Part shown: positions 18,355 through 28,461 of the stretch, one piece after another
How the letters are laid out: every line of letters begins with the position of its first letter
Position numbering within the stretch: the stretch's first letter is position 1
From: Promethearchaeota archaeon
GTDB taxonomy: Archaea; Asgardarchaeota; Lokiarchaeia; Sigyniarchaeales; SOKP01
Assembly: GCA_048940805.1 (NCBI GenBank)
Contig: JBHLOF010000006.1
Span: 3,885-67,884 of the forward strand
DNA length: 64,000 nucleotides
Direction: 5' to 3'
Translations under genes and position numbers: made by a program
Notes under the pieces: model-generated
The model's database searches: none
Seen by the model: the letters and a program-made list of their open reading frames with translations, nothing else
What the model was told of the DNA's origin: nothing

Positions 18355-18744
18355 ATGGATGGACAACCAGAATTGAATAATAATGATAATGTTGAATTGT
18401 CAATATTGCTAGATAAGTTAAAAGTAAAGGGTAAATTTGAAGGGGTTGTCTTTGCTAAACGGAATGGTGAAGTTATTAAAAGTAATATAGAAAATAACTC
18501 AGAATATAAAAAACTGACTTCCATGTGTGCTTCGGTTTTGGAGAGTGCGGTTGGACTTGGAGAAACAATGGGAAATCAAAAAATTATCAAAGTTATTGCT
18601 GAGTTAGAAAAAACATCAATTTTGATGGTAGAAATCAAGGAGAAAAAAGTCTTCATAATATTTATAATAAATGATGAATCAGATTCTAATTTCATTTTCG
18701 AGCATTTGGAAGAATACATTAAAAAAATTAGCTCAGTCGTCTGA
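18355..18744 (+). CDS. Roadblock/LC7-like domain protein (divergent)
   Basis: 129 aa. FEGVVFAKRNGEVIKSN...MCASVLESAVGLGETMG...VIAELEKTSILMVEI follows the Roadblock alpha-beta-alpha layout but is much more divergent than the 12391 copy. Confidence 0.6.
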   Translation: MDGQPELNNNDNVELSILLDKLKVKGKFEGVVFAKRNGEVIKSNIENNSEYKKLTSMCASVLESAVGLGETMGNQKIIKVIAELEKTSILMVEIKEKKVFIIFIINDESDSNFIFEHLEEYIKKISSVV

Positions 18745-18761
18745 ATAAGATCAAAAATTAT

Positions 18762-20441
18762 CTATAAATATTCCATCCAATCAGGATTTATGCGGTTTAA
18801 AGAATTTTCTACTTCCTTTTTCACATCCCAATTGTCATCAGCTAATAATTCTGCCAATGGTTTTATAGCATCTTTATTTCCTATTTCACCTAAGGCTTTT
18901 ACTGCAGATAATCGTATTTTTTCATCATTTTCTTTTAATAATTGAATAAAGGGTTCAATAGAATCGATATCTTTTATCTTTCCTAACGCCATGGCAGCCC
19001 AACTTTTAATGTATACGTCATCATCTTCTAAACAAGAAATGAGAGAATCAGTAGAATCTTTACTTCCCACTCGAATCAATAATTTTACTCCTGCTCTTTT
19101 AATTTTCCAATTTGAGTTCTTTAATGAGTCTTTTGCCAGTTCAATTATTTTATCTGACTTGAAATTAATTAACGCATCAATTGCTGCTTTTCTTACACTT
19201 CCGTTTTCATCTTCAATCATTTTAAAAACAGCTTCTAGTGTATTAAAATCCCCTATTTCACCTAATATTTTTGTACAATACATTCTAATTTGCCAAGATT
19301 TCTCAGCAAGCGAATTTATTATCCTCTCATCAGTCTTGTTTTGAAGAATTTGTAAAATTGCTCGATAGGCAGATCTTCTTATACTCGCAACCTTACTATC
19401 AAAATTTTTTATTAATAAATCAATTGCATTAGTATCTTTTAACATTCCGAGTAGTTTTATTGCTTCCTTTCTTGCATTTATATTTTTCCAATTCAAAATG
19501 TCATAAAGAACTTCGCATGATTTGGTTTTTTTTAGGGTCTTGCATAGAGAATTTTTTGCTAGATTTCTGATCTTTACATCTTTATCTTTTAGAATTTCGG
19601 ACAAAGGTCTAATTGCTCTTTTGCTTCCAATATTTCCTAATACTCGAATGGACTCTTTTCTCACATCTATGTTTTGGTCATTTAAGGTGACTAAAATATA
19701 TTTAATATTTTTAAGGTCAATTATTTTTTCTAAAGCTTTTAAAGCATTTTTTCTGATAACAGGATTATTATCCTGTAAGAAATTGATTAGAACAGTTTCA
19801 CTCTCCTTGTTTCCCATTTTTCCTAAAATTACAGGGATTTCTCTTTTAATTGATATATCATCAGTATTAACATAATCATAAATTAATTGATGATATCCTT
19901 TATTGCCAATTTTCACAATTGAATTGATTAATTGATTATATAATTCAGGATTTCTGAAGTGTAAGCGTTCAATTAAAGGTATTAGAGCTTCTCCCTTTCC
20001 AGATTTACCCAAAAAATCAATGATTAACTCTGCGGCCTCAGTATTTGGATCTCCTAATGCATCAATCAAAAAGGGTATTGAACCATCAAGATCGTATACC
20101 CCTACTTTTTGAACAAGGTTTTTTCTAACAGTACCATCACTACAATTTTTATATTGTTCTTTAAGAAATTTTATACCTTCATTCCCATAGGTCATAACAA
20201 ATAGATCAATTAGTTTGATACGTAATTGAGGATGCCCATCATTCAAAAATACATTTTTTATATCCTGTAATCTTGATTTATTATCATCCTCTAGCTTTGA
20301 TAAAAAATCAATAGATTTTATTTTAGTTTCCAAATTATTTGTTGTTGTGAGTACAGAAAATAGTTCCTTCGCAGCTTCTTCTCCATCCATTGCTCCGATC
20401 TTTTCAAAAAATTGCTTATGGTTCAAGTTGAATAACCTCAA
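18762..20441 (-). CDS. HEAT-repeat (PBS-lyase HEAT-like) protein
   Basis: 559 aa. More than 10 tandem ~31-aa units of the type D.N..VR..A...LG.IG...AI.PL...L.D (for example DVRKESIRVLGNIGSKRAIRPLSEILKDKD). Confidence 0.8.
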   Translation of the reverse strand: MRLFNLNHKQFFEKIGAMDGEEAAKELFSVLTTTNNLETKIKSIDFLSKLEDDNKSRLQDIKNVFLNDGHPQLRIKLIDLFVMTYGNEGIKFLKEQYKNCSDGTVRKNLVQKVGVYDLDGSIPFLIDALGDPNTEAAELIIDFLGKSGKGEALIPLIERLHFRNPELYNQLINSIVKIGNKGYHQLIYDYVNTDDISIKREIPVILGKMGNKESETVLINFLQDNNPVIRKNALKALEKIIDLKNIKYILVTLNDQNIDVRKESIRVLGNIGSKRAIRPLSEILKDKDVKIRNLAKNSLCKTLKKTKSCEVLYDILNWKNINARKEAIKLLGMLKDTNAIDLLIKNFDSKVASIRRSAYRAILQILQNKTDERIINSLAEKSWQIRMYCTKILGEIGDFNTLEAVFKMIEDENGSVRKAAIDALINFKSDKIIELAKDSLKNSNWKIKRAGVKLLIRVGSKDSTDSLISCLEDDDVYIKSWAAMALGKIKDIDSIEPFIQLLKENDEKIRLSAVKALGEIGNKDAIKPLAELLADDNWDVKKEVENSLNRINPDWMEYL

Positions 20442-20577
20442 GAATGTGAAAATTTAATTAAAGTAAAGAAATTAGTTCATTGAAATATTCATAAAAGTAG
20501 ATTTATTTATTTTTATTTATTTAATAAACTGATTTGAGCTTGTAAATCAAATTAATTATATTCGGTCCATATAACCA

Positions 20578-21033
20578 ATGAATTTGAAAGAACAACTTCT
20601 TCAATGTATAGAAAACTTACTCATCGAATATGAACAAAATGAAAAATGTGGCATTTTTTTTAAAGTTGAGAAAGATAGAGATCCTATGGAGATTATAGGA
20701 GTGTTAGACTTTCTGAAAAACAAAATTGAGAATTGGGGGAATTCTAATATATTTAGTTATTTAGGCCATTTATTTAATAATGATAATGTACTAGTTATTG
20801 GCTCTAATAATACTGAAGAAGCTAAAAATATAATTAAATACGTGTATTTAACTCAGATCCATAAAATAGAAAACCAATTTAATCATTTAATTTCTATATT
20901 TAAGAATTGTAAAAAACTTGAGAGTTATTTGAACAATGAAATTAAGGATAATATAGAGGTAGGTTTCCCATCTGATCCCAAATTAGAGTTAAATATAAAA
21001 AATCATTTAAGAAAAATTCTATTTGAAAATTAA
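20578..21033 (+). CDS. Hypothetical protein
   Basis: 151-aa ORF with an ATG start in its own intergenic slot. No recognisable motif. Confidence 0.4.
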   Translation: MNLKEQLLQCIENLLIEYEQNEKCGIFFKVEKDRDPMEIIGVLDFLKNKIENWGNSNIFSYLGHLFNNDNVLVIGSNNTEEAKNIIKYVYLTQIHKIENQFNHLISIFKNCKKLESYLNNEIKDNIEVGFPSDPKLELNIKNHLRKILFEN

Positions 21034-21046
21034 GAAGGTCCTCATG

Positions 21047-22879
21047 CTAGCTTTTTGATTTTTGCATTTCTATTTCTGACGAAATTGGACGCCAATCCAG
21101 TTTTTGATGTTCGAAATATTGCTTATACAGCTGAGCATATTTCCCCTCTTTTGCGAGCAGTGAATTATGATCACCTTCCTCTACAATTTGTCCATGATCC
21201 ATTACAAGTATTCGATCAGCATTAACTATAGTAGAAAGTCTGTGAGCAATGATTATTGATGTTCGATCTGATAATAACACCTCAAGAGCTTCTTGGATGA
21301 TTGCTTCAGTATAAGCATCTACACTGGAAGTTGCCTCATCAAGGATAAGAATTTTTGGATTAGTAAGTAATGCTCGAGCAAAACTAATGAGTTGTCTTTG
21401 ACCAGCCGAAACACCTTTTCCTCTTTCCCCCACTTGAGTTTGAAAACCTTCAGGTAAATATTCTATCAACTCTTCCGCATGAACAGCAGTGACTGCATTC
21501 CACAAGTCATTTTCAGAAGCGTTTTGTCTACCATACCGAATATTTTCCTCAATAGTACCCGAAAAAAGAAAAACATCTTGGGGAACCATACCAAGATTCC
21601 TTCTATATGATTCTAACGTCATATCTCTAATATCAATCCCATCAATCATAATTGATCCACCTTGGAATTCGTAATATCGTGCAAGGAGTGAAACTAAAGA
21701 CGTTTTTCCTGAGCCGGTGTGCCCCACTATAGCTAGTTTTTCACCTTTTTCTATTTTAAGATTCAAACCTTTAAAAACCCACTCATGTTCTTTATAACTA
21801 AAATCTACATTTTTGAATTCAATCTCTCCTCCTAATTCGTCAACTTCAATCGCGTTAGGATTTTGATTAACAAACGGTTTTGAATCAAGTACATTTAGGA
21901 TGCGTTCATAGGCTGCCATACCTGTACTGAATTGAGGAAAAAATGTAGCGAGTACCATTATAGGACGAAAAAATCTCGGTAAATAGAGATAAAATATAAA
22001 AACTCTTCCTGGGCTCATCATACCAGCGAAAACAAGTTGTCCACCCACATACATAATAATGATAAAGGTAATTGTCGATATCATTCCAAGTAACCTTCTC
22101 CACAAATGTGTTACTGCTGTTAATCTGAATCCCGTTTTGAAGTATTTCTTATTAATATCATTGAATTGTTCAGAAACTATAGCTTCTTGCCCATAGCTTT
22201 TGCAAACATGTATCCCCTCTACTAATTCAACCATAGCAATATTCACTTCATCGAGAGATCTTCTATAAGCTCTACTAACAATTCTGGCTAATTTTCTAAG
22301 AGAAATCATTAACATTAAAATTAAAGGAACGGTAACCAAGGCAATAAGGGCAAGAGATAAGTTGAGCCACACAAGAATACCAAATGTTAACCCACTAAGA
22401 ATTAAATTACCCACCGTTTCTACTAATAAAAAAGTTATATTTCCGAAATCTGATACGTCATTTGTTACTCTCGTATTTAAGCCCCCTGTTTGATTTCTAT
22501 CAAAGAAGCTCATATCTTGTTCTTGTAACTTATCAAAAATGTCCATACGGAGTCTTTCTGAAAAAAAGGGGGTAAATTTAGCTATCTCTTTATATTGTAG
22601 GAAAAACATAATCCAAATAATTACATATAACAAAATATAAACTACTGTTGCACTGATTACTGAAATAAAATTTGGGTTTGGTTTAGCTAATTCATCCACA
22701 CCAAATCCGATTAATAATGGACTAATAATGTCCGCTAGTGCTGAAATGACGATAAATAATGCAATTTTTATAACACTCTTTTTAAATGGGGATATTCTTT
22801 TAATGTATCTAATAAATAATTCAAGATCTGAATATTTTCTTTGGTGTTCAGGAGCCAATAGTCCAGCATATAATCCCAT
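21047..22879 (-). CDS. ABC exporter, fused permease/ATPase (type I exporter, MdlB/MsbA-like)
   Basis: 610 aa. Six-TM N-terminal half, Walker A GHTGSGKTS, signature VSAGQRQ, Walker B ILILDEATS. Confidence 0.9.
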   Translation of the reverse strand: MGLYAGLLAPEHQRKYSDLELFIRYIKRISPFKKSVIKIALFIVISALADIISPLLIGFGVDELAKPNPNFISVISATVVYILLYVIIWIMFFLQYKEIAKFTPFFSERLRMDIFDKLQEQDMSFFDRNQTGGLNTRVTNDVSDFGNITFLLVETVGNLILSGLTFGILVWLNLSLALIALVTVPLILMLMISLRKLARIVSRAYRRSLDEVNIAMVELVEGIHVCKSYGQEAIVSEQFNDINKKYFKTGFRLTAVTHLWRRLLGMISTITFIIIMYVGGQLVFAGMMSPGRVFIFYLYLPRFFRPIMVLATFFPQFSTGMAAYERILNVLDSKPFVNQNPNAIEVDELGGEIEFKNVDFSYKEHEWVFKGLNLKIEKGEKLAIVGHTGSGKTSLVSLLARYYEFQGGSIMIDGIDIRDMTLESYRRNLGMVPQDVFLFSGTIEENIRYGRQNASENDLWNAVTAVHAEELIEYLPEGFQTQVGERGKGVSAGQRQLISFARALLTNPKILILDEATSSVDAYTEAIIQEALEVLLSDRTSIIIAHRLSTIVNADRILVMDHGQIVEEGDHNSLLAKEGKYAQLYKQYFEHQKLDWRPISSEIEMQKSKS

Positions 22880-22885
22880 TTTAAT

Positions 22886-24670
22886 TTATCCTCCTTCCAA
22901 TTTAACTGTAGCTTCTGTAAGGTTCAATTTTTTACCAAAAATTCGACGATAATCCTCTGAGTCACGTATTAATTCTCCATGAGTTCCCTCTGCAACAATC
23001 TCACCTTTTTTTAAAACAATAATTTTGTCAGAAGTTCTTATGGTGTGCAATCTATGAGTTATTATTATTGTAGTTCTGTCTTTTAAGATATTCTCCATTG
23101 CACGACCAATCTTTTCTTCTGTTTCACTATCTACGGAGGAAACAGAATCATCAAGGATGAGAATTGCTGGATCTGTTAGAAAAGCTCGAGCTATTGCTAC
23201 TCGCTGTTTTTCCCCTCCAGAGAGTCTTGTTCCTCTCTCTCCGACTATTGTACCATATCCCTTTGGAAGATTTTTCACAAACTCATCTACTTGAGCGAGT
23301 TTGGCGGCATTTAATATGTCTTTATCAGAAGCCTCTGGTTTACCAAAAGCAATGTTCTGTTTTATTGATCTCGGATAAAGGTAAACTTCTTGCTCAATAT
23401 AACCAATATGTTTACGTAAAATTTCAAGAGGATAATTAATAATATCTGTTCCGTCTAAGAGGATTGATCCTTTTTGAGGTGTATAAAGAGACAGAATTAA
23501 TTTGGCAAGAGTTGATTTTCCACATCCAGTAGGACCAACGAGTGCAACTCTTTGAAAGGGTTCAATTGTAAAATTCAAATTATTAAGAGTAGGCTGCTTG
23601 ATATTTTCTCCATTTTGATGAATAAAAGTAACATTTCTAAATTCAATCTTCCCCTCGAATTGCTTTGGCCATTTCTTAAATTCTTCAGGGTTAACTTCAC
23701 TTTTTTCCTTCATTAGAGACTTATATAAACGTGAACAACCAGCAAATCCACTCATCATGTCATTTGTAGACCAATGGATCATTCTTGTAGGCTCGATGAG
23801 TGCTATTAAAAGTAAGTTTGTTGCGACTAAATCCCCCGGATTAAGTGTATTCTGAAAAACAAATATAGAACCAAGAAGAAATGTACCCCCAATTACAAGA
23901 TTAAGCATTAGGAGTGGATAAAATCTAGCCTGTACATTATTTTCACCTATCATATTATTCTTAAAGTCAACTACAGAGCGTCTAAACTTTCTTCGTTCCA
24001 ACTTCTCAGCGGTAAAACTTCTTACTACAGATGCTCCCGTTATTGAATCTTGCAAAACCACTGCTAAATTTGAATATTTCACCATACGGTTAGTGACATA
24101 AGGAGAAAGATTTTTACGATATTTTAGAACATAGTAAATATAGAAAAGAAGGAATGGGATACAAAACAAAGCTAAACGAAAATCCAAGAATTCAACCAAT
24201 AGATATATAGTTATAAAAATTTGCATAAATGGATAAATAAAAAAACTCCCATGAGCGACCATTGTGTTAATTACTCGTACGTCATTTGTAGCTAGAGCTA
24301 ACAAATCACCTGTTCTTACATTATCGTGATAACTTAATGGTTTAGACTGTATCACTTCAAAAAACTCTTGTCTCATATTTTTCTCGATTTTTAAGCCAAG
24401 AAAATGTCCTAACATCATAACTCCGTAATCTGACACAGCATAAAGAAGAGATACTGTTAAGCCAATCGCAAGCATAAACAATAAATTTGCCAAGTTACGG
24501 ACTATTAGAACATTATCAATTATATCCCCGATTACAATCGGTAGTAGCGAAAGTGTTAAACTAACAAAAAAAATTCCAAAAATCTCTAGAACTACTAAAT
24601 GGAATTGTTTAATTAAGTGCGTAAAAAGCCATTTTAGATATCCTTTATTCTTTTCTTTTTCCTCACTCAT
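22886..24670 (-). CDS. ABC exporter, fused permease/ATPase (partner of 21047-22879)
   Basis: 594 aa. Walker A GPTGCGKST, signature LSGGEKQR, Walker B ILILDDSVS. A 6-nt gap to the next ABC gene suggests a heterodimeric exporter. Confidence 0.9.
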   Translation of the reverse strand: MSEEKEKNKGYLKWLFTHLIKQFHLVVLEIFGIFFVSLTLSLLPIVIGDIIDNVLIVRNLANLLFMLAIGLTVSLLYAVSDYGVMMLGHFLGLKIEKNMRQEFFEVIQSKPLSYHDNVRTGDLLALATNDVRVINTMVAHGSFFIYPFMQIFITIYLLVEFLDFRLALFCIPFLLFYIYYVLKYRKNLSPYVTNRMVKYSNLAVVLQDSITGASVVRSFTAEKLERRKFRRSVVDFKNNMIGENNVQARFYPLLMLNLVIGGTFLLGSIFVFQNTLNPGDLVATNLLLIALIEPTRMIHWSTNDMMSGFAGCSRLYKSLMKEKSEVNPEEFKKWPKQFEGKIEFRNVTFIHQNGENIKQPTLNNLNFTIEPFQRVALVGPTGCGKSTLAKLILSLYTPQKGSILLDGTDIINYPLEILRKHIGYIEQEVYLYPRSIKQNIAFGKPEASDKDILNAAKLAQVDEFVKNLPKGYGTIVGERGTRLSGGEKQRVAIARAFLTDPAILILDDSVSSVDSETEEKIGRAMENILKDRTTIIITHRLHTIRTSDKIIVLKKGEIVAEGTHGELIRDSEDYRRIFGKKLNLTEATVKLEGG

Positions 24671-24685
24671 GATTGGTAGTTTAAT

Positions 24686-25885
24686 TTATTGATTCAACGC
24701 TTTATATACAGAAGAAACTAACAGGTTTGCTCGCGAATCAGAAGCATATTTATTTTTAAGAGTTTCTTCAGGATCTTGAATTCTCATTTTATTCATTACA
24801 TAAGCAATGCTTAAGTTTGCATCCAAATCCATTATACATACTGAGCCTCCCCAACCACCCCAGTAAAGAGTATTGGGATTTTGGATAGGTTTCCATTTGG
24901 AGGGAAGGCCAAATCCTGTACCATAACGAATACCATCTATGAATAAAAAGTCTGGTCCATAAAACTGTTCTTTTAAAGCTTCATCCAACATATTTTGGGA
25001 AAGGATTTTTATATTATCTACTTCTCCTCCACAAGAAATTGCAGAGGCTATTCTTGCTACTGCTCTAGCGTTCGAAGAACCGTTTGAAGCGGGTATCTCA
25101 GCTTTTCGAAAACTAGGTGTATTACAGAATTTAACAAATTCTTTAGTGATTTTACCACCTAAGTTCCATCCTCCAGGGATTCCAAGTATTCTATATAAAA
25201 TGGACTCGTGATCCAGCGTGTCACCGATGAATGGAGCTTCTGGGGGTATTATATCAACCATCCGATTTTCATATTCGTTTGATATTCCAATATGGAAATC
25301 AGCATTTAATGGTTGAGCAACGTTTTCTTGAAAATAAGTACCAAGAGTTTTACCCGTAATTCTTCTAACAATTTCGCCAAGTATAAATCCAAATGTTACC
25401 GCATGATAACCTGCTTTTGTTCCAGGTTCCCACCATGGTTTTTGTCTCTCCAGAAGTTTGACCATCTTTCTCCAATCTACTAGATCTTCCTGTGGAAATG
25501 ATTCTTCCCAGCTTGGAATACCCGCAGTATGGCTTAAAACTTGTCTTATTGTTATTGCTTTTTTACCATTCGTTCCAAATTCAGGCCAATATTTAGATAC
25601 AGGAGCGTCTAATTCAAGGAGATTTTTATCGGCAAGCATCAACACACAGATCGAAGTCATTATTTTGGTTATTGAAAATACAGTGATAATGGTATCTCGT
25701 TCCCAAGATGTACTTTTTGCTATATCTGTGTGACCCGCCCATAAATCTATAGTAGGTTTTCCGTTAAGAGTAACTGCAAATGATACACCTATTTCTTCAA
25801 ATTGTTTAAAATTGTTGATAAATGCTTCCCTAACAATATCAAATCGAGATTCACAGAACCCTTTTATGTCTATATCTCTTGTCAT
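24686..25885 (-). CDS. Serine hydrolase of the beta-lactamase/EstB esterase family
   Basis: 399 aa. SxxK motif FSITKIM, a downstream Tyr motif region and a WGGWGGS segment as in family VIII esterases. It is the first gene of the run with the two ABC genes. Confidence 0.8.
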   Translation of the reverse strand: MTRDIDIKGFCESRFDIVREAFINNFKQFEEIGVSFAVTLNGKPTIDLWAGHTDIAKSTSWERDTIITVFSITKIMTSICVLMLADKNLLELDAPVSKYWPEFGTNGKKAITIRQVLSHTAGIPSWEESFPQEDLVDWRKMVKLLERQKPWWEPGTKAGYHAVTFGFILGEIVRRITGKTLGTYFQENVAQPLNADFHIGISNEYENRMVDIIPPEAPFIGDTLDHESILYRILGIPGGWNLGGKITKEFVKFCNTPSFRKAEIPASNGSSNARAVARIASAISCGGEVDNIKILSQNMLDEALKEQFYGPDFLFIDGIRYGTGFGLPSKWKPIQNPNTLYWGGWGGSVCIMDLDANLSIAYVMNKMRIQDPEETLKNKYASDSRANLLVSSVYKALNQ

Positions 25886-26216
25886 GTATATTTTTACTTT
25901 TTTTAAAGTTAATTAATGTTATAATACAATGTTTTTCTATATTTTGCATTAATAAATATTGAATAATATTGAGATTTACACCATCTTAATTTGTCTTAAG
26001 ATGAGAGATTATTATAATGCAATTATAATAATTCAATGTTTTAGTATGTTTCCAATTTCGTCTCCAGTAGGGATAGTTTTCAAGATTATACTCAAATAAT
26101 TAATATACGGCTTAGCAGTAGACTTTTTTGTAAATCTATTTCTTTTATAGTTAATAGTATTATACTGTCCTAATTAGAGATTAAACATAAATTTAAACTA
26201 ATTGTCAATTTTAGAG

Positions 26217-26236
26217 AAAAAAATTAAAAGAAAAAA
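26217..26236 (-). terminator. Oligo-T tracts downstream of acs (candidate archaeal terminator)
   Basis: On the minus strand a T7 and a T6 run lie 17-36 nt after the acs stop codon (26253-26255). Confidence 0.3.
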
Positions 26237-26252
26237 TTAAAGAATGAAATTT

Positions 26253-28223
26253 TTAAGTTTCGATTTTTTTCCGGTCTTCTAGCAATTTATCTACAACTGA
26301 AGGATCAGCTAATGTTGTCACATTTCCAATTTCGGTTCCTGCCGCAATCGCTTTCAAGATTCGTCTCATTATTTTTCCGCTTCTAGTTTTTGGTAGTCCA
26401 TCAGCAAACTGAACTACATCGGGTTGAAAAACGGGTCCTATTTCTTTTCTAACGTGCATTTTAATATCTTTCTGTAGCTCTTCTGTCTTTTCTACTCCCT
26501 GCATTAACGTTACATATGCCCATATTGCTTGTCCCTTAATTTTATGAGGAAATGGAGCGACTGCCGCCTCTGCAACTTTTGGATGACTTACAATGGCAGA
26601 TTCTACTTCCATTGTTCCAATTCTATGACCAGACACTTTAATTACATCGTCTAAACGTCCCAATATCCAATAATATCCATCTTCGTCGCGTCGTGCCCCA
26701 TCACCAGTATAGTAATATCCGGGATACTTTTCAAGATAAGTGGATATAAACCTTTCAGTATTACCCCAAACATCTCTTAACATCCCTGGCCAAGGTTGCC
26801 CCATTGCAAAATATCCTCCCTCATCAGGCTCGGTTACTTCATCTCCTTCAAGGTCAAATATAACTGGTTTTATACCCAAGAATGGCATACAACAAGATCC
26901 CGGTTTGGTTGGAGTGGCAGTGGCTATAGGTGTCATGATAAATCCCCCTGTCTCAGTTTGCCAGTAGGTATCAACAATCGGACATCTACTTTGGCCAATC
27001 ACCCTATGATACCATGTCCATGCTTCAGGGTTTATAGGTTCTCCCACAGTTCCTAAGACTTTCAGAGAACTAATATCATGTTTCTTCACTGGTTCTTCTC
27101 CATATCTCATTAAGGCTCTAATTGCGGTGGGTGCTGTATAAAAATGAGTAACTTTATGATGTTCTACAATATCCCAAAATCGATCAACATCAGGATAAGT
27201 TGGAACTCCCTCAAACATTAAACTCGTTGCACCATTTGCCAATGGTCCATACACGATATAAGAATGCCCTGTAATCCATCCGATATCCGCTGTACAATAC
27301 CAGATATCTCCTTCATGATAATTAAAGACTACTCTATGGGTGAATGACGTATATAATAGGTATCCAGCAGTAGTATGATTCACTCCTTTTGGTTTACCTG
27401 TTGTTCCGCTAGTATATAAAATGAACAATGTATCTTCAGAATCCATTACCTCAGGTTCACACTCTTCACTCATCCCTTTAATAAAGTCATGGTACCAGAT
27501 ATCTTTATTTGTATGAGGTATCTCTCGCCCAGAACGCTTTACTACTATAACATGTTCAATAGTTGGCACGTCATCGATAATTTGAACGACATCTGCCATT
27601 TTAGGATAGAATTTACCAGCTCGTAATGTCTCATCACTTGTAAATAGAAGTCGAGAATCAGAATCTTCTATTCGGTCTTTCACTGCTTCTTTAGAAAATC
27701 CACCAAACACAATTGAATGTATAACACCTATTCTTGCACATGCCAGCATGATAATTGCAAGCTCAGGAATCATAGGCAACCAAATGGTTACTCTGTCTCC
27801 TTTTTTTAGTCCAAATTCTTTCATTCCATTTGAAACCTTTGAAACCTCTTTTAATAATTCCTCATAAGTATATGTCCTAACTTGACCGGGTTCATCAGCT
27901 TCCCAAATAAGAGCAAGTCTATTCCCATTTCCTGCTTTTACGTGTCTATCTATACAATTATAGGCCACATTCAGTTTTCCACCAACAAACCATTTACCTG
28001 GAAATAAATCGGTCTTTTCCCATGCTTTATCATAAGGTTTAAACCAATCAAGTGATTTAGCTTGTTCACTCCAAAATGCTTCCATATCTTCTATGGATTG
28101 TTTGTATAACTTTTTGTATTCTTCCATTGACATTCCGGTTTTAGCGTATTCTGGATTGAGGTCAACAGGATTAAAAATACGGTTTTCAGTAAGAATGCTT
28201 TCCATCCTTTCTTCTTTAGACAT
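26253..28223 (-). CDS. acs: Acetyl-CoA synthetase (AMP-forming)
   Basis: 656 aa. LYTSGTTGKPKGV AMP-binding motif, YWQTETGG, and C-terminal PKTRSGKIMRRIL with the conserved acetylatable Lys. Confidence 0.95.
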   Translation of the reverse strand: MSKEERMESILTENRIFNPVDLNPEYAKTGMSMEEYKKLYKQSIEDMEAFWSEQAKSLDWFKPYDKAWEKTDLFPGKWFVGGKLNVAYNCIDRHVKAGNGNRLALIWEADEPGQVRTYTYEELLKEVSKVSNGMKEFGLKKGDRVTIWLPMIPELAIIMLACARIGVIHSIVFGGFSKEAVKDRIEDSDSRLLFTSDETLRAGKFYPKMADVVQIIDDVPTIEHVIVVKRSGREIPHTNKDIWYHDFIKGMSEECEPEVMDSEDTLFILYTSGTTGKPKGVNHTTAGYLLYTSFTHRVVFNYHEGDIWYCTADIGWITGHSYIVYGPLANGATSLMFEGVPTYPDVDRFWDIVEHHKVTHFYTAPTAIRALMRYGEEPVKKHDISSLKVLGTVGEPINPEAWTWYHRVIGQSRCPIVDTYWQTETGGFIMTPIATATPTKPGSCCMPFLGIKPVIFDLEGDEVTEPDEGGYFAMGQPWPGMLRDVWGNTERFISTYLEKYPGYYYTGDGARRDEDGYYWILGRLDDVIKVSGHRIGTMEVESAIVSHPKVAEAAVAPFPHKIKGQAIWAYVTLMQGVEKTEELQKDIKMHVRKEIGPVFQPDVVQFADGLPKTRSGKIMRRILKAIAAGTEIGNVTTLADPSVVDKLLEDRKKIET

Positions 28224-28461
28224 TGTATTTCACGATTTTAAATCTATTCTTATTATTTATAATTTTTTTCTAGCTTTTTTTTCTTAAAATTAATTTATTA
28301 TTTTTTAAATGAAATCTTCTACTTCAAAAAAGAAATGAATGGAATTTAAACATTTTATTTATAATTTCAAAAACATTATATTGATGAAAACACATTTAAT
28401 AAAAAGACGGGAGTCAAATTTTATAATTTAAAAAGAAAAGAAATTCGTTTTAATTTTACTA

